Shown piece by piece: positions 1 through 11,810 of a stretch of 64,000 bases of DNA (within the stretch, counting starts at the first letter, position 1; every line of letters begins with the position of its first letter). The position numbers and the translations under genes are program-made. The stretch comes from Girardia tigrina (lineage: Eukaryota): NCBI GenBank assembly GCA_001938485.1, contig MQRK01250615.1, positions 1 through 64,000 of the forward strand, given 5' to 3'. The notes under the pieces were generated by a model. That model was not told where the DNA came from and did not search any database. It saw only the letters and a list, made by a program, of their open reading frames with translations.

Positions 1-895
1 AAAAAAACAGCAAAAAAATAAAAATGAATAAAATTAAATTTTTCAAAATAAATCAATAAATAAGACAATAAATTATCTTTCAATTAGTATTATAGTCATT
101 TTAAATCTTCAATTGTCAATATTTCGATATTTTCTCTTAAATAAAAATAGATTTATTATATAAATAAGCTCAAGTCGGATACGAAGAGTCGCTTGAATTG
201 ACAAAATTGTGGATAAAATATGTTTGAAATTTTATTTTAGAATATTATAACTTTAGGTTCCAATTGGGAAACATAAATGAAAGCATTTGTAAATGTTAAT
301 TTTACAATAAATAATGCTAGAGCGGAATATTATGGGATCGACAAACAGAAAAAATAGATAATACATAATTATTAATTAAATAAAATAATTATATAAAGAT
401 ATATTAAATAAATAATTAATTAAAGTTTTTAAATTATAGATAACTAGAAAATACCCGTCATTTATGACGGTTGAGCTGAATTTTCGTCTTTGAAAGTATT
501 CAGTTCGTGATCGAGAATAGAATTCACAACACAAATATTTATGACTCTTAAAATTAACTGTTTCCAAACTAATTTACGAGGAACAATATTTCCTTATTTT
601 GCACAAAACCAGATATCTGAATTTTAGTATAAATATCCATATATAAATTTTAGTTTTAATTATAAATATTTATCTATTAATTATTAAAAATTTTTAATGG
701 CTGTTTTTTGTAAAAAGTCGAATGTTTAAAAAATTAATTATTTATAATATAATTTTAAATTTACAACATTTTCAAATAGCTTTGATATTTAAAAAATTAT
801 TTGTTTTAAAAATGACTTTTTTATCAAATAAAATTTCATTAATTTCTTTTTGAGAATTACTTTTTAAAATTAATTAGAGATATTTTTAATTATAA

Positions 896-1220
896 AGAGG
901 ACCGTGTGCCTTTCTCTGCTAGCGGCGTTCTTAGCCAACTCTCCCGGCAGCCGCAATCTCACTTCCGTCTGGATTTCTCTGCTCGTGATCATCGACTTCT
1001 CGAGTTGCGCCAATTAACTGACCTGACTTTCAATCCACTGAAACACATCGTTCACGGAATTGTTCATGATCGATATGGCTTTGCCGAAGATGCCAGTGTC
1101 TTGGTGCACCTTCCGCAGTAATAATTTTATCATTTGTCTTTCTTCTTCGATTTTCGATTCCTCATTGTCGACAATTTCGATTTTACTTTTCATGGATTTT
1201 CTCTCTTCTTTTTTAGACAT
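896..1220 (-). pseudogene. H2B: Divergent histone H2B pseudogene
   Basis: Translation [66 protein letters not shown] aligns to the H2B core ([30 protein letters not shown]...[23 protein letters not shown]). In-frame TAA at 1014-1016; C-terminus cut at the insertion edge. Confidence 0.92.
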
Positions 1221-1481
1221 TTTACGATCATTTTTTGAAGAAGAAAAACGATAACGCAACTCCCATTCCAGCATCGAAAAGTGTTTTAATGAAACAATCC
1301 GACAGATAACGATCGACTTTCATTCCCAATTCCTCATCGGTTTTAGAAACCATAATACAATCTCAATTCGTTTTATTAGAAAATAAAACCAAAGATTATT
1401 TTTTATCGATTTTTATTAACTTTATTAGTTAACGAATAACTCCATATAAAATAATGCATTCAAACAAGCATTCATTCTTAA

Positions 1482-1529
<48 letters not shown>

Positions 1530-1755
1530 ATATATTCATATACAAAATATATATACTTTTTTCCTTTTTTAATACAAAATAATATATATATATATTTTTC
1601 AAATCATTCTGAAACAATATTGTTGAGTTATTGTATATGTGAATAAAAGTGTGATTTCATTATACGCTAGATAAGAAAGGTATGTTGCCTTTCGATGCAT
1701 CGTTTAACGATGCATCGACCATATTTAACGATGTACGATACAATGTGTCGCTCCC
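896..1755 (-). mobile_element. 860-bp insertion with 9-bp TSD (MULE-like, one recognisable end) carrying histone H2B
   Basis: TAATTATAA at 887-895 and 1756-1764; the paralogous arm has a single copy (empty site near 16457-16465). The right end reads GGGAGCGAC on the minus strand, with palindromic CGATGCATCG subterminal repeats. Confidence 0.8.
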
Positions 1756-2796
1756 TAATTATAACTTTTTCAAGAACTTTTGATTTTATATATTTGCTTA
1801 TTTTAAATATTCAAAAATTTAAAGGTGAGCCAATGCTGACAGAAAGTTTCTATTTTAATTTTTAAATCGTAATTGTTATAATTTATTATTTATTGTTTCG
1901 AATTCGGTGTTGATTTAACAATCGCTCGATTTTGTTTGCTTCCCGGCATCTTTCAGACGAAGCCGCTTTACTGACAGAGCCATCTGGTAGTGGGTTATCC
2001 AGATTATAAGTCCTTACGTAAATTCACTCCAGTTCCTTCACCATTTTGCATTTTATCAGTATATATATATATATATATATATATGATCATAGTAAAATTT
2101 TTAACGTGACCGACATACTATGATTCAGATGATATATAGAATCTTCTAAAATTTATACAAAATTGATTTTTAGCAATACAGTTAGAAAATAAGTTATAGA
2201 AATCGTCATTTTTCAATTCAATTAGTATGTTATTGGTATTTTCTTAAACATTATAACACAAATTCCTTCTAACAATCATCCAAATCGACATCTTTTGAAT
2301 TCAGTAATGATGTTAATAATAGTCTGTTATTAATATGGTTTTCGGTCGATTTTGTCGGTTTCCCAACGTTTTTTTGGCAAAGGCGCTGCACCGACAGAAC
2401 TGACTCGGTGCGGGCTTTCCAGATTGATTACGTCCTTACATAGATTCGTAAAGAATTCTTCCACTATTTCGAATTTTGATCATAGCGAGACCGACAAACT
2501 AACAAATAAACAAACATACAAACATTTTAGACAAACATTATATATAAATTTTTGTTGAAAAACACTCCTTTCAATAGTGATTACTAGGGAATGGATATCT
2601 CGGTTCTTAAAAACGTTAATTTTAGTCGGCATTTTGGTCGTTGATAATGCAAATTTCAGTTATTTCAGTTGATAAAAATACTTATCTTATTAATAAAAAC
2701 CTCGTCTATTTAAATAAATTTACAGTTTTACGTGTTTCCATTTTAAAATAACAGTAAAATAGCAGTAACACAAGATAAAATAATAAATTCAAAAAT

Positions 2797-3490
2797 TTAT
2801 TCTAAAAATGCATTAAAGTAAAGAATGTTGATTTTTATCAAATTTAGAAAGGAAAAACATTGCCTTAAAAAGCTCAGAATTGTTTTGTACTGAGAAAAAG
2901 ATCTCTCAATTGACATCGAAACAAGAGGAGTATACCACATTTTGCTTTGAAATGTCACTTTTGCAAAGCCACCCAACTGGGATTTTATTTCTTCAACAAT
3001 GCTAAGTGATGTGCTCAGCTTTGAATTGTCAACTTCCAATTGCGCGAACTTTTCTTTTGAAAATCTGAATTCGGAGAATTTCAAGAGATCATCAAAATTA
3101 ATTCTTGCTTCAGCTAGATCTTTAAGTTTTCTTGCAATCATTGAATCAATCTCAATTGCGTGTATAAAATCTCTAATTTTTGTAAAATTGTCTAAATAAA
3201 ACAATGCACACTCAATAAATGTTCCCTATCGTGTAATGACAGGATTTGGTGGAAATGGAAGCACTGTGATGCTTCTATAAATGTTTTTTCTTTCATTTGA
3301 CTTGAGAAGAACCTTCTTCATCAAGGATATAAATAAATTTATATCTCAGAATTCTTCTCTTATTCTTTCACACACTCGATGTAAAGCATGTGCTAAGCAT
3401 GTTACACGATTCAAACTTGGGAACAATGTTTCTTTCATTTTTTTAAATGCAGAAATCATGTAAGATACATCATCGGTCACAACCAGCCAC
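2797..3490 (-). pseudogene. hAT-related (CGGBP1-like) transposase, C-terminal part
   Basis: Motifs VTDDVSYM, VTCLAHALHRVCE, PPNPVITR and S-x-ERSFSQYK; broken by stops and frameshifts. Confidence 0.75.
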
Positions 3491-3983
3491 ATACTTGCCG
3501 TAGAACAACCAGGCTGTTTACAAATGCCTGTGTAGTGTTCACTAAATCGCACCAACAGTAGCAACCAATTAAGAGTTTTTTAAGTGATATTTAATTTAAT
3601 TTTTTTGATTTTTAATTTTGAAAAAAACTTTCTTAATTGGATTTGCGACCCCTGAAATTTTTAAAACTAAAAAATTCAGATGCGCATTAAAAAAAATTTT
3701 CAAGAAATTGTTGATAAAAACTAAAAAAACTGTTGGTGTTTTAATAATACCAATTATATGAACTTTTTTAAATTTCTAAATAAAAAACCTTGCTAATTTT
3801 TCGTTTACAATTTTTTTCCGCGTATATTTAATTTTTTGTGGATAATACCATAAATAAAACGATACCAATAATTACAAATCGAGAACGTATTTTCTATCGT
3901 ATTTTATGATTTACTGGAAATCCAAGTCAACAACAACAAGAGAATAAATTGTCGAAAGATTTACTTTCTGTTTGTTCCAAATC

Positions 3984-4290
3984 ATGAAAATCACTCGTTA
4001 TTTATGGATTAATAATTTACCGAAAAAATTGCGAAGAAACCGACATTAGACAAACGCTTCAAAGTCATGACAAAATCCAAACAATCCGAATTCATCAGAA
4101 CAACAACTCCCGCGGAGCGATTGTCGCGTTTATCGATTGTAAATCGTCGACATCGGTCGTCTCTTCCTCGATCAATTGCGCCACTTCCGATGTGTCACGA
4201 GTGACCGATCCTCGATCCTTCGTCGTCTGGATCACTGTGCACGCGGGTAAGGTGGCGACCCTTCGAAAGTATGAACACCACCGAAATACG
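3984..4290 (+). pseudogene. Spen/SHARP-like first exon (N-terminal RRM), frameshifted
   Basis: Removing one A from the A6 run at 4023-4028 gives MKITRYLWINNLPKNCEETDIRQTLQSHDKIQTIRIHQNNNSRGAIVAFIDCKS, resembling the SPEN N-terminus (MVRETRHLWVGNLPENVREEKI...AFVDFVDIKS). GTAAG donor-like sites near 4247 and 4291. Confidence 0.55.
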
Positions 4291-4564
4291 GTAAGCCTTA
4301 TTGCTAGTTGACCGAATCTCCCCGTTTCACTCTTTAGTACGCAACCCCAACAGCCTGAGGTACTGTTAATACATTTGTTCCACCCAAGACAACTGAATTT
4401 AGTATTATCGGCTTGCTCGGAGTTCCGTCAAGATTACCAACAAGAATATTTAAAACTTACCTGCCAGCTATATCAGTTGATTCATCTAAAATAAAAAACA
4501 TCGTTTGTACCAATAATAGTGCGAATTAGATCTAATTTTTGTAAAAAAAGAACATCTACATAAT

Positions 4565-4880
4565 TATTTTTTAAAGTTCTTTATTTTACGGTATGTTACA
4601 CTTGGTAAGCATGTTTATCAAATTAAGAAAAAACTCCGATCACTCAGACAAATTCTTGTTTCCTTCTTTAAAAGAGCTGAACAACAATATCTGTTTTACT
4701 TCTGTAGTAGATTTTTTGGCTTGCATATGCCTCTTGCTTGTCAAATGGTCTTTGATTGAAGAAGCCAGACGTGTTTCACGTATCCTCACACCGTCTCTGC
4801 AGGTGCGACACTACACCTTTACCATCTGCACTTCGAGTTCCAAATGCTTGTGTTCCACAAGAAGGGAATTGTGCACTATT
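4565..4880 (-). pseudogene. hAT-related (CGGBP1-like) transposase, N-terminal zinc-finger part
   Basis: Minus-strand frame CRTCRD...SSIKDHLTSKRH...FFLNLINMLTKCNIP*NK, i.e. a C2H2/BED-like finger plus NIP motif, with stops. Confidence 0.6.
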
Positions 4881-5477
4881 AGTATGTCTTTGCTGAATTT
4901 TTAATAATTATGAAATAAATTTCGAATGATTTATTGATTAAATGCTTGTAATTATTTTGAAGTCCTGTTTATGAGTTAGTTTAATAAATACTGTGGATTG
5001 ACGTGATGATTGGATTTTATCTCGAAATTCGCCGTCATCTTTTTATCCCTTGTATAATTATATAATATACATTATATATTTTTAAAATTTAATTTAATTC
5101 TTTTATTAATTAATTTATTTATATAATCAATAAATGGAATAATGTAACAATTTAGATGAGAATCAATTATTTATATATTTTTATTCATACTTAAGAGTTA
5201 TCCGAAAACATTGTGATTACCGACCGTCAAACTAGAGATTATTCTACTGAGTTTTAATTATAAAGAAATTGTAAGAAAATCTTGAAGCAATTTTTCAATT
5301 ATGAAAATTTAAAATTTCTAATATTATTTTTGTTTTAATTTCATTAGTATATGAATTCTGAAAATCATTACAGTCCCATGGATTAGGGAACTTCATTTCA
5401 AAGAGATACCTCACATAATTCTGTCCAGCAATCCGTGACAATATAAGCATGATTTTTTTAAAAAAGTACTTTTTATA

Positions 5478-6810
5478 CAGTGCGTTCAAAAAGTAACTGT
5501 ACACCTGAAATTTCAAAACAAGAACGATATCCTGTGTTCTAAAAATCAATAACAAAATATTTTGAATAGTCAATTTTATGTGAAGAACAATGACCGTCTC
5601 TTAATTTATTAAAAATAACAAGAAAAGAGTCACAACAACTGCTGGAAATGCCCACCAAGTTCGTGAATACAAACGTTAATTCGAGGTTTCAAGTTTTCGA
5701 ATACTCGATGAATTTCCTCTTGGGTGATGGCTTCAATTTGGTGTAGGATGTTATCACGTAGGTCTAGCAAAGTTTGTGGTTTGTTTCGGTAAACCTTTTG
5801 CTTTATCGCTCCCCACAGGTAAAAGTCCAAAACACTTAGATCTGGGGATCTTGGCGGCCAAGTTCCTTTGGAAATGATTCTCTTCGGGAAGATCTCATTC
5901 AGAAAACGAAGCGTTTCAAAACGAAATGTTTGCGGTATGTGCTGTTGCACCATCCTGCTGAAAATAACCAGTCGATCGTTCTTCTTTAGTTAACTGGTCG
6001 ATGACAGCAGAAAGGATTTCCTTGCAGTACCTTTCTGATGTTATGGTTTCAGTAAAAAAGATAGGACCAATTACACACCTCCTGGACATGGCACACCATA
6101 CTCCAACTTTCAAGGAATGCAGAGGCTTCTCAACAAATTCATGCGGATTTTCACTGGACCAAACTCGAGAATTTTGGCTACTNNNNNNNNNNNNNNNNNN
6201 NNNNNNNNNNNNNNNNNNNNNNNNNNNNNNNNNNNNNNNNNNNNNNNNNNNNNNNNNNNNNNNNNNNNNNNNNNNNNNNNNNNNNNNNNNNNNNNNNNNN
6301 NNNNNNNNNNNNNNNNNNNNNNNNNNNNNNNNNNNNNNNNNNNNNNNNNNNNNNNNNNNNNNNNNNNNNNNNNNNNNNNNNNNNNNNNNNNNNNNNNNNN
6401 NNNNNNNNNNNNNNNNNNNNNNNNNNNNNNNNNNNNNNNNNNNNNNNNNNNNNNNNNNNNNNNNNNNNNNNNNNNNNNNNNNNNNNNNNNNNNNNNNNNN
6501 NNNNNNNNNNNNNNNNNNNNNNNNNNNNNNNNNNNNNNNNNNNNNNNNNNNNNNNNNNNNNNNNNNNNNNNNNNNNNNNNNNNNNNNNNNNNNNNNNNNN
6601 NNNNNNNNNNNNNNNNNNNNNNNNNNNNNNNNNNNNNNNNNNNNNNNNNNNNNNNNNNNNNNNNNNNNNNNNNNNNNNNNNNNNNNNNNNNNNNNNNNNT
6701 TTCATAGTTCGATTTCATAGAAATTTGCATTTAAAAAGTCTGCTACAACGCTGATTATCTAAAAATAAACCAGACAATGAAAGGTGCACAGTGACTTTCT
6801 GAACGCACTG
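5478..6810 (-). mobile_element. Tc1/mariner element (rosa/maT-like DDxD transposase), interrupted by an N gap
   Basis: TIRs CAGTGCGTTCAAAAAGT / ACTTTCTGAACGCACTG with TA on both sides. Motifs KVGVWCAMS, FQQDGATAHT and WPPRSPDLSVLDFYLWG. Confidence 0.92.
6183..6699. other. Assembly gap (others at ~15769-15840, 29108-29157, 39415-39491, 43282-43529, 45622-45671, 62584-62799)
   Basis: Runs of N. Confidence 1.
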
Positions 6811-8169
6811 TATATTACTTGTTTATTTGTTTTATCGTGTAAACTTTTTTACTTGATATCAATGCAAGGCTTCATCAAAGATTTGATAAACTGAAAAATT
6901 TTGATATTTTAAGAATCTTTCTTATTGAATTCTTACACTAGCTTAGATTTATCATTTTCCCTTAATTTCTTTGCTCATTACCGCAGTTCTATGAACATTT
7001 GGGGGTCTTTACATCGACCTGACAAATTACGTAAAAATATTTTTGTTCAATAGATATGAAAACGTTTTTCAAGAAAATTATATTTTATTTTTTAATTATT
7101 CCATAAATAGCGAGACCGGTGATTTTAATCACTTAACCAAACAAACATTAAAGACGTGTAAAACTATTCTATTACTTAAAATTTCAAAATATTTGTTTAT
7201 ATATTGTAAAAAATTCAAACAAATAAATAAATTAGAATTACTTAAAAGATAAAATTTCGTTCATCAAAGAGTAGACACCATAAACTAAATATTTTTTAAA
7301 AAACGGATAATTGTTGTCTACTTTGTTCGTACTTAAATTTCCACAGGTGGTTCGTCAATTGAAATGAACATTCTTCAAATGAACCTATGAATGAATATTC
7401 TCCATCGACTCTCAGAAATCAGTCAAAATACTATTGATTATAACGTTAAAAAAATATAACTATAATAAATTACGAAATTAAGAATTAGAATTACTTTAAC
7501 TTTAAAAAATAAAAATAGAAGACTTAAAATTATAAATAAATTTCAAAAATAAACACAATCTTTTTAAATAAACAAAACAAATTCATTTAACAATAAATTT
7601 TATGAAAATATATGTGAACGGTTTCAACTTCATCATCACAGATGTAATATTCTTTTCTTTCCTTTTCTTTTGTTGACTGTCATCTTTTCTGTGTGAGTTT
7701 TATGTATGATTGTAAGTAGTTTATTTGGTGTATCAAAGATAATTACGGATGTTATTTGTCTCTGAAATTCATTTTTTATTTATTTATATTTTTCATTTTT
7801 ATTGGTTAAATATTTTTTTTCCGGAAGCTTGAGGTGACTTTTAAGTTAAAGAGGGTGAATTCAGAAGCGAGGATTAATTACAGAGTTGGTGGCGACATTC
7901 CCCCGCCCCAACGTTGTATTGTAATATAATTATTATATTTAATAATATTCAAATATTGAATATTATTGATTAAAAAATAAATTATTAAATAGACGACGAA
8001 AATATTTTGATCACGTGGACTATTATTCTCGTGATGGTTTTTCTAATCATCAACTGATTCTTTGCCTGCACGATGATCTCCTCTGTTCTAACACAGCGAA
8101 ATAGATTACCACAACATTTTGAAGAGAAACAAGATGATGTTATTAGAAATTTTGAGGAAAACGGTATAA

Positions 8170-10420
8170 TTGTAGTAGTTCTCCATGGAACTTCCATCTG
8201 GTGTGTGTATGGAAAAAAAAGAAACAAGACATCCGAGTATGTGTCGATTTTCGATAGTTAAATAAAATTACGGTAAGACCGGCATTCCCCATGCCAAATG
8301 TGGATGACATGTTAAACACGTTGAATAGAGCAAAATATTTTAGTACAATTGATCTGGGAAATGCATATTACCAGGTTGAATTAGAAGAAGATTCAAAGAT
8401 TAAAACTGCGTTTTCAACAAAGAATGGTCAATATTGTTTTAAAAGAATGCCTTTTGGAATTGCAGCGGCTCCAGCTACCATTCAAGAATTAATGGTGAAA
8501 GTTCTAGGAGATTTGAATTGGAAAGAAGCAGTCGTATATTTGAATGATATTTTGATTTTTGCAAAAGATAGAGAAGAACATCTTCAAAGAACACATAACG
8601 TTTTTGAGAAAATTAAAGAATCCGGTTTGAGAATAAATCCAGAGAAATGTCAATTCCTAGTAGAAAAAACGAAATTTTTAGGATATGTCATAAGTAAAGA
8701 AGGTATTGAGACAGATAAAACAAAGATTGATGCAATTAGAAAATTTTAAAACTCATCATGTATCAAAGATTTAAGAAGCTTTTTGGGTTTGACGAATTAC
8801 TACAGGAAATTCATAAAGGATTACGCTAGATATGCAAAGGTTTTAGAAGGCTTATGTGGTAAGAGCAAGGATAAAAAACTGATCTGGACTGAAGAATGTG
8901 ATGAAGCTTTTCAAAAATTAAAAGAAAGAATGATTAAGACACCAATTTTGGCATACCCTGATTTTTCAAAAGACTTTATACTCGATACAGATGCAAGTTT
9001 TTTTACAATAGGAGTGGTGCTATCACAGAAAGACATGTGGAAGAGAAGGAGTAATTCCACATGGCTCCCATAAAATGAATAAACATGAACTTGGTTATTG
9101 CATTACAAGGAAAGAACTACTTGCAATTTATTATTTCACTCAACATTTTAAACATTTTTTGTATGGGAAAAGATTTTTGTTACGAACGGATCATAAAGCT
9201 ATCACTTTTATGATGACTACAAAAAACGCTATTACACCACAGTTTCAAACATGGATAAATTTTCATAGTGGTCTTGACATGAAAATAGAATATCGGAAAG
9301 GTGAGAAACATTCAAATGCTGACGTGATGTCTAGAAATTCTTGCGAATTGTGTAGCCAATGTCAGACAATGCATGAAGAAGCCAAGAAAGGAAAGATCAA
9401 GACGAGAATTCTTGCATTGAACGAAGAGTCAGAGGGTTTCAAATGGCAAAAGAATAATGAAGAAATAAAACAAATTGTTGAAGATATCAGAAAAGGGAAA
9501 ACCAGGAAATGGACACTAAAAAATGACATCGTGGCAACTCAGGACAATAAAGACTGGATCCCAAAAGAAAAACGAACAGATTTTATTGAAGAGATGCACA
9601 AGCTATTATGCCATACTGGTAGTAAAAAAAGTCTATAACTATTTTCGAGAAGATTTTGACATGGAAAATATGAGGAATTTCATTAAAGAAATAGTCCAAA
9701 GTTGTTTAAATTGTCAAAAAAGAAAGACATTAACAGCGAAAATGAAAGAAAAACATATAAAATTGTCGGCAGATGAACCCTTCCAGAAAATATACATGGA
9801 CTTCTGTGGACCATTCAAAAGAAACATAAACGGATATCAATACGTACTTGCAACAGTAGACCAATTCAGTAGATATATTAGCCTGAATGCAGTTGCTAGT
9901 CAAGATGAAAAAAACAGTTTGTAGTTATATTGGACAGATGGATATGGAAATTTGGACCTCCAAAGGAAATCCATGTTGATAGAGGAAAAACATTTGAATC
10001 GGCTTTGTTCAAAGATACAGTTAAAAGGTTCAAAGTTTAGATAATCTATTCAAGTCCATATCATCATAATACAAATGGGATAGTGAAAAGACAATTTCGA
10101 ACAATCAGAGATGCTATAAATATTAGAATGAAGGACGAAAACCACAGAGATTGGACAGAAGTTTTGTCGGAAATAGAATTTATGTTGAATAGTACAGTTC
10201 AAGCTACGACAAGTGTTTCACCGGCTGAAATAATATTTTGGAGACGATTAAGACATTGGTGGAAGAACAATAAAGAAACTAAGGGAAACCAAGTTAATGT
10301 CGAACAAAATGTGGAGACAAGAAGAGTTTTTGAAGTTGGAGATAGAGTGTTGATAAAAAAAGAAAATATATCAAAAGAAGATGACCGTTACATGGGTCCG
10401 GCAATTGTGTTGAAGTGAAA
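8170..10420 (+). mobile_element. Decayed Ty3/Gypsy pol (RT-RNaseH-integrase), no LTRs recognised
   Basis: Motifs YFSTIDL, MPFG, YLNDILIF, DTDAS, RTDHKAI, HTG...C-x2-C, DFCGPF and SPYHH; several stops and frameshifts. Confidence 0.95.
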
Positions 10421-10481
10421 TAACAAAAGAGTAGGGGAAAAATTGGGACTCTCCCTCACCCCCCTGGGGGCGTCGTCCCTA

Positions 10482-10960
10482 GTTACCGTGGTTACCATGA
10501 CAATGGTTACCAGTTACCGCGCGGTTACCATAGCAACGGTCGCGGTTACCATGGCAACGGTCGCGATCACCCTACCAACGCTTCTGATTGGCTCCTTGGT
10601 TCCCTAGCAACGGTCGCGATCACCTTAGCAACGGTTCCAGTTCACTCGGAAACGCTTCTGATTGGTTCCTGGTTCCCTAGCCTAGGCAGCAACGGTCGCG
10701 ATTACCTAAAAACACTTCTGATTGGTCCTTGGTACCTTAGCAACGGTCGTGATCACCCTAGCAACGGTCACGATCACCATAGCAACGGTCACGATCAACA
10801 TAGCAACGGTCACGATCACCCTAGCAACAGTCACGATCACCCTAGCAACGGTCACGGTTACCATAGTGACGGTAACCAAGGGACGTGTTTCATTAACAAC
10901 CGATACAGTGATCCAAGGCGGTTGTAAACATAGTAACGGATCTCGTGTCCATAGCAACCG
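10482..10960. repeat. 21-bp GC-rich minisatellite (CC[A/C]TAGCAACGGTC[A/G]CGATCA) with X-box and CCAAT motifs
   Basis: Tandem units are directly visible. GTTACCATAGCAAC at 10524 and GTTACCATGGCAAC at 10545; CTGATTGG at 10584, 10658 and 10718. Confidence 0.9.
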
Positions 10961-11759
10961 TCACCCTGTAACTAAGGACTGTAGAAAAAAGTGCTAATTG
11001 ATCACTGCACGGTGCCCAGAGGTGCTATGGGATATTTTTAAGGTGCTATTCGATAGTGCACATTTTGCCGCACATTTCTAATATGCTAGCACAGTGCTTT
11101 TTCAGTTGTACATGTGCAAAACTGTAAAAATCAATACATAAGATTCTTTAAAAGTACGAGTGTCAAAAATCGATATCATGTATTTGATGCACATTTTGAT
11201 TCTCTATTTGAATGTGCATTTCAAATTATCATATATTGATTACTTTTTTCTGTAATAAGCATAATGTGCAAATTTTTACAAATTGCACATTGATTTTAAA
11301 GGTACAAGGAAGCAGAATATCAAAAAAAGTGCTCATGCATTTGAATAGTAACATACATACGTTCATTAAGATTCCATATCAAAATTTTCATAAAAGTGCT
11401 GATAAATCAATTTTTTCGAAATTTTCTGATATTCTCAAAAAAGTGCTCAAAAATCTATTTTTTCGTATATATCTAAAACCCATATGATATATGTGTGTTG
11501 TTCACCATCAAACAACACTTCATGAATCTCCTAATGTACACAAGTATAATCACAAGTACCATGGTTACCGTAACCAAAATACATAACATTTATTTTACAT
11601 GTTTACATTATTTTACATTTTAAATCTACATGTATAAAACTCCTATTGTGTTTCTTGCATCAATATAATACATAACATCTGTATAATCATCTAATGTACC
11701 TCAGCCTAACCATAACTTATCAAAGTATCATGGTTACCGTAACCATGATACATAACATT

Positions 11760-11810
<51 letters not shown>

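Larger units (their letters stand above)
444..2548 (-). mobile_element. Non-autonomous Helitron
   Basis: The minus strand ends in hairpin CCGTCATAAATGACGG, then GTATTTT, then CTAG|T (444-470). The 5' end is a degenerate T(C/T)TATATATAATG followed by a GTTT/GTAT microsatellite, as in Lep1-like Helitrons. Confidence 0.75.
1..2966 (+). repeat. Left arm of long inverted duplication (probably continues beyond the window start)
   Basis: Reverse complement matches 12374-17312 once the arm-specific insertions (896-1755 here, 13206-16104 there) are removed. Paired spurious ORFs: 376-567/16747-16938 and 2352-2558/12783-13004. Confidence 0.95.

Noticed and set aside
376-567. 63-aa ORF conserved in two copies (also 16747-16938)
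   Set aside because: It crosses the Helitron 3' boundary into flanking DNA; conservation reflects the duplication, not coding function.
1014-1016. In-frame TAA in H2B and in Gypsy pol as a sign of a non-standard genetic code
   Set aside because: The same elements also have frameshifts and TGA/TAG stops, and long ORFs are open in the standard code; ordinary decay explains it.
896-1755. H2B as Helitron-captured cargo or a processed retrocopy
   Set aside because: The sister Helitron lacks it and a 9-bp duplication flanks it (Helitron capture makes no TSD). Upstream non-coding DNA is included and there is no poly(A).
6001-6730. Long ORFs spanning 6.0-6.7 kb (also 43077-43548 and 62543-62932)
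   Set aside because: Artefacts of N runs.
10706-10997. Thr/Val-rich ORFs resembling antifreeze or mucin proteins
   Set aside because: Open on both strands only because the 21-bp unit lacks stops; no gene context.
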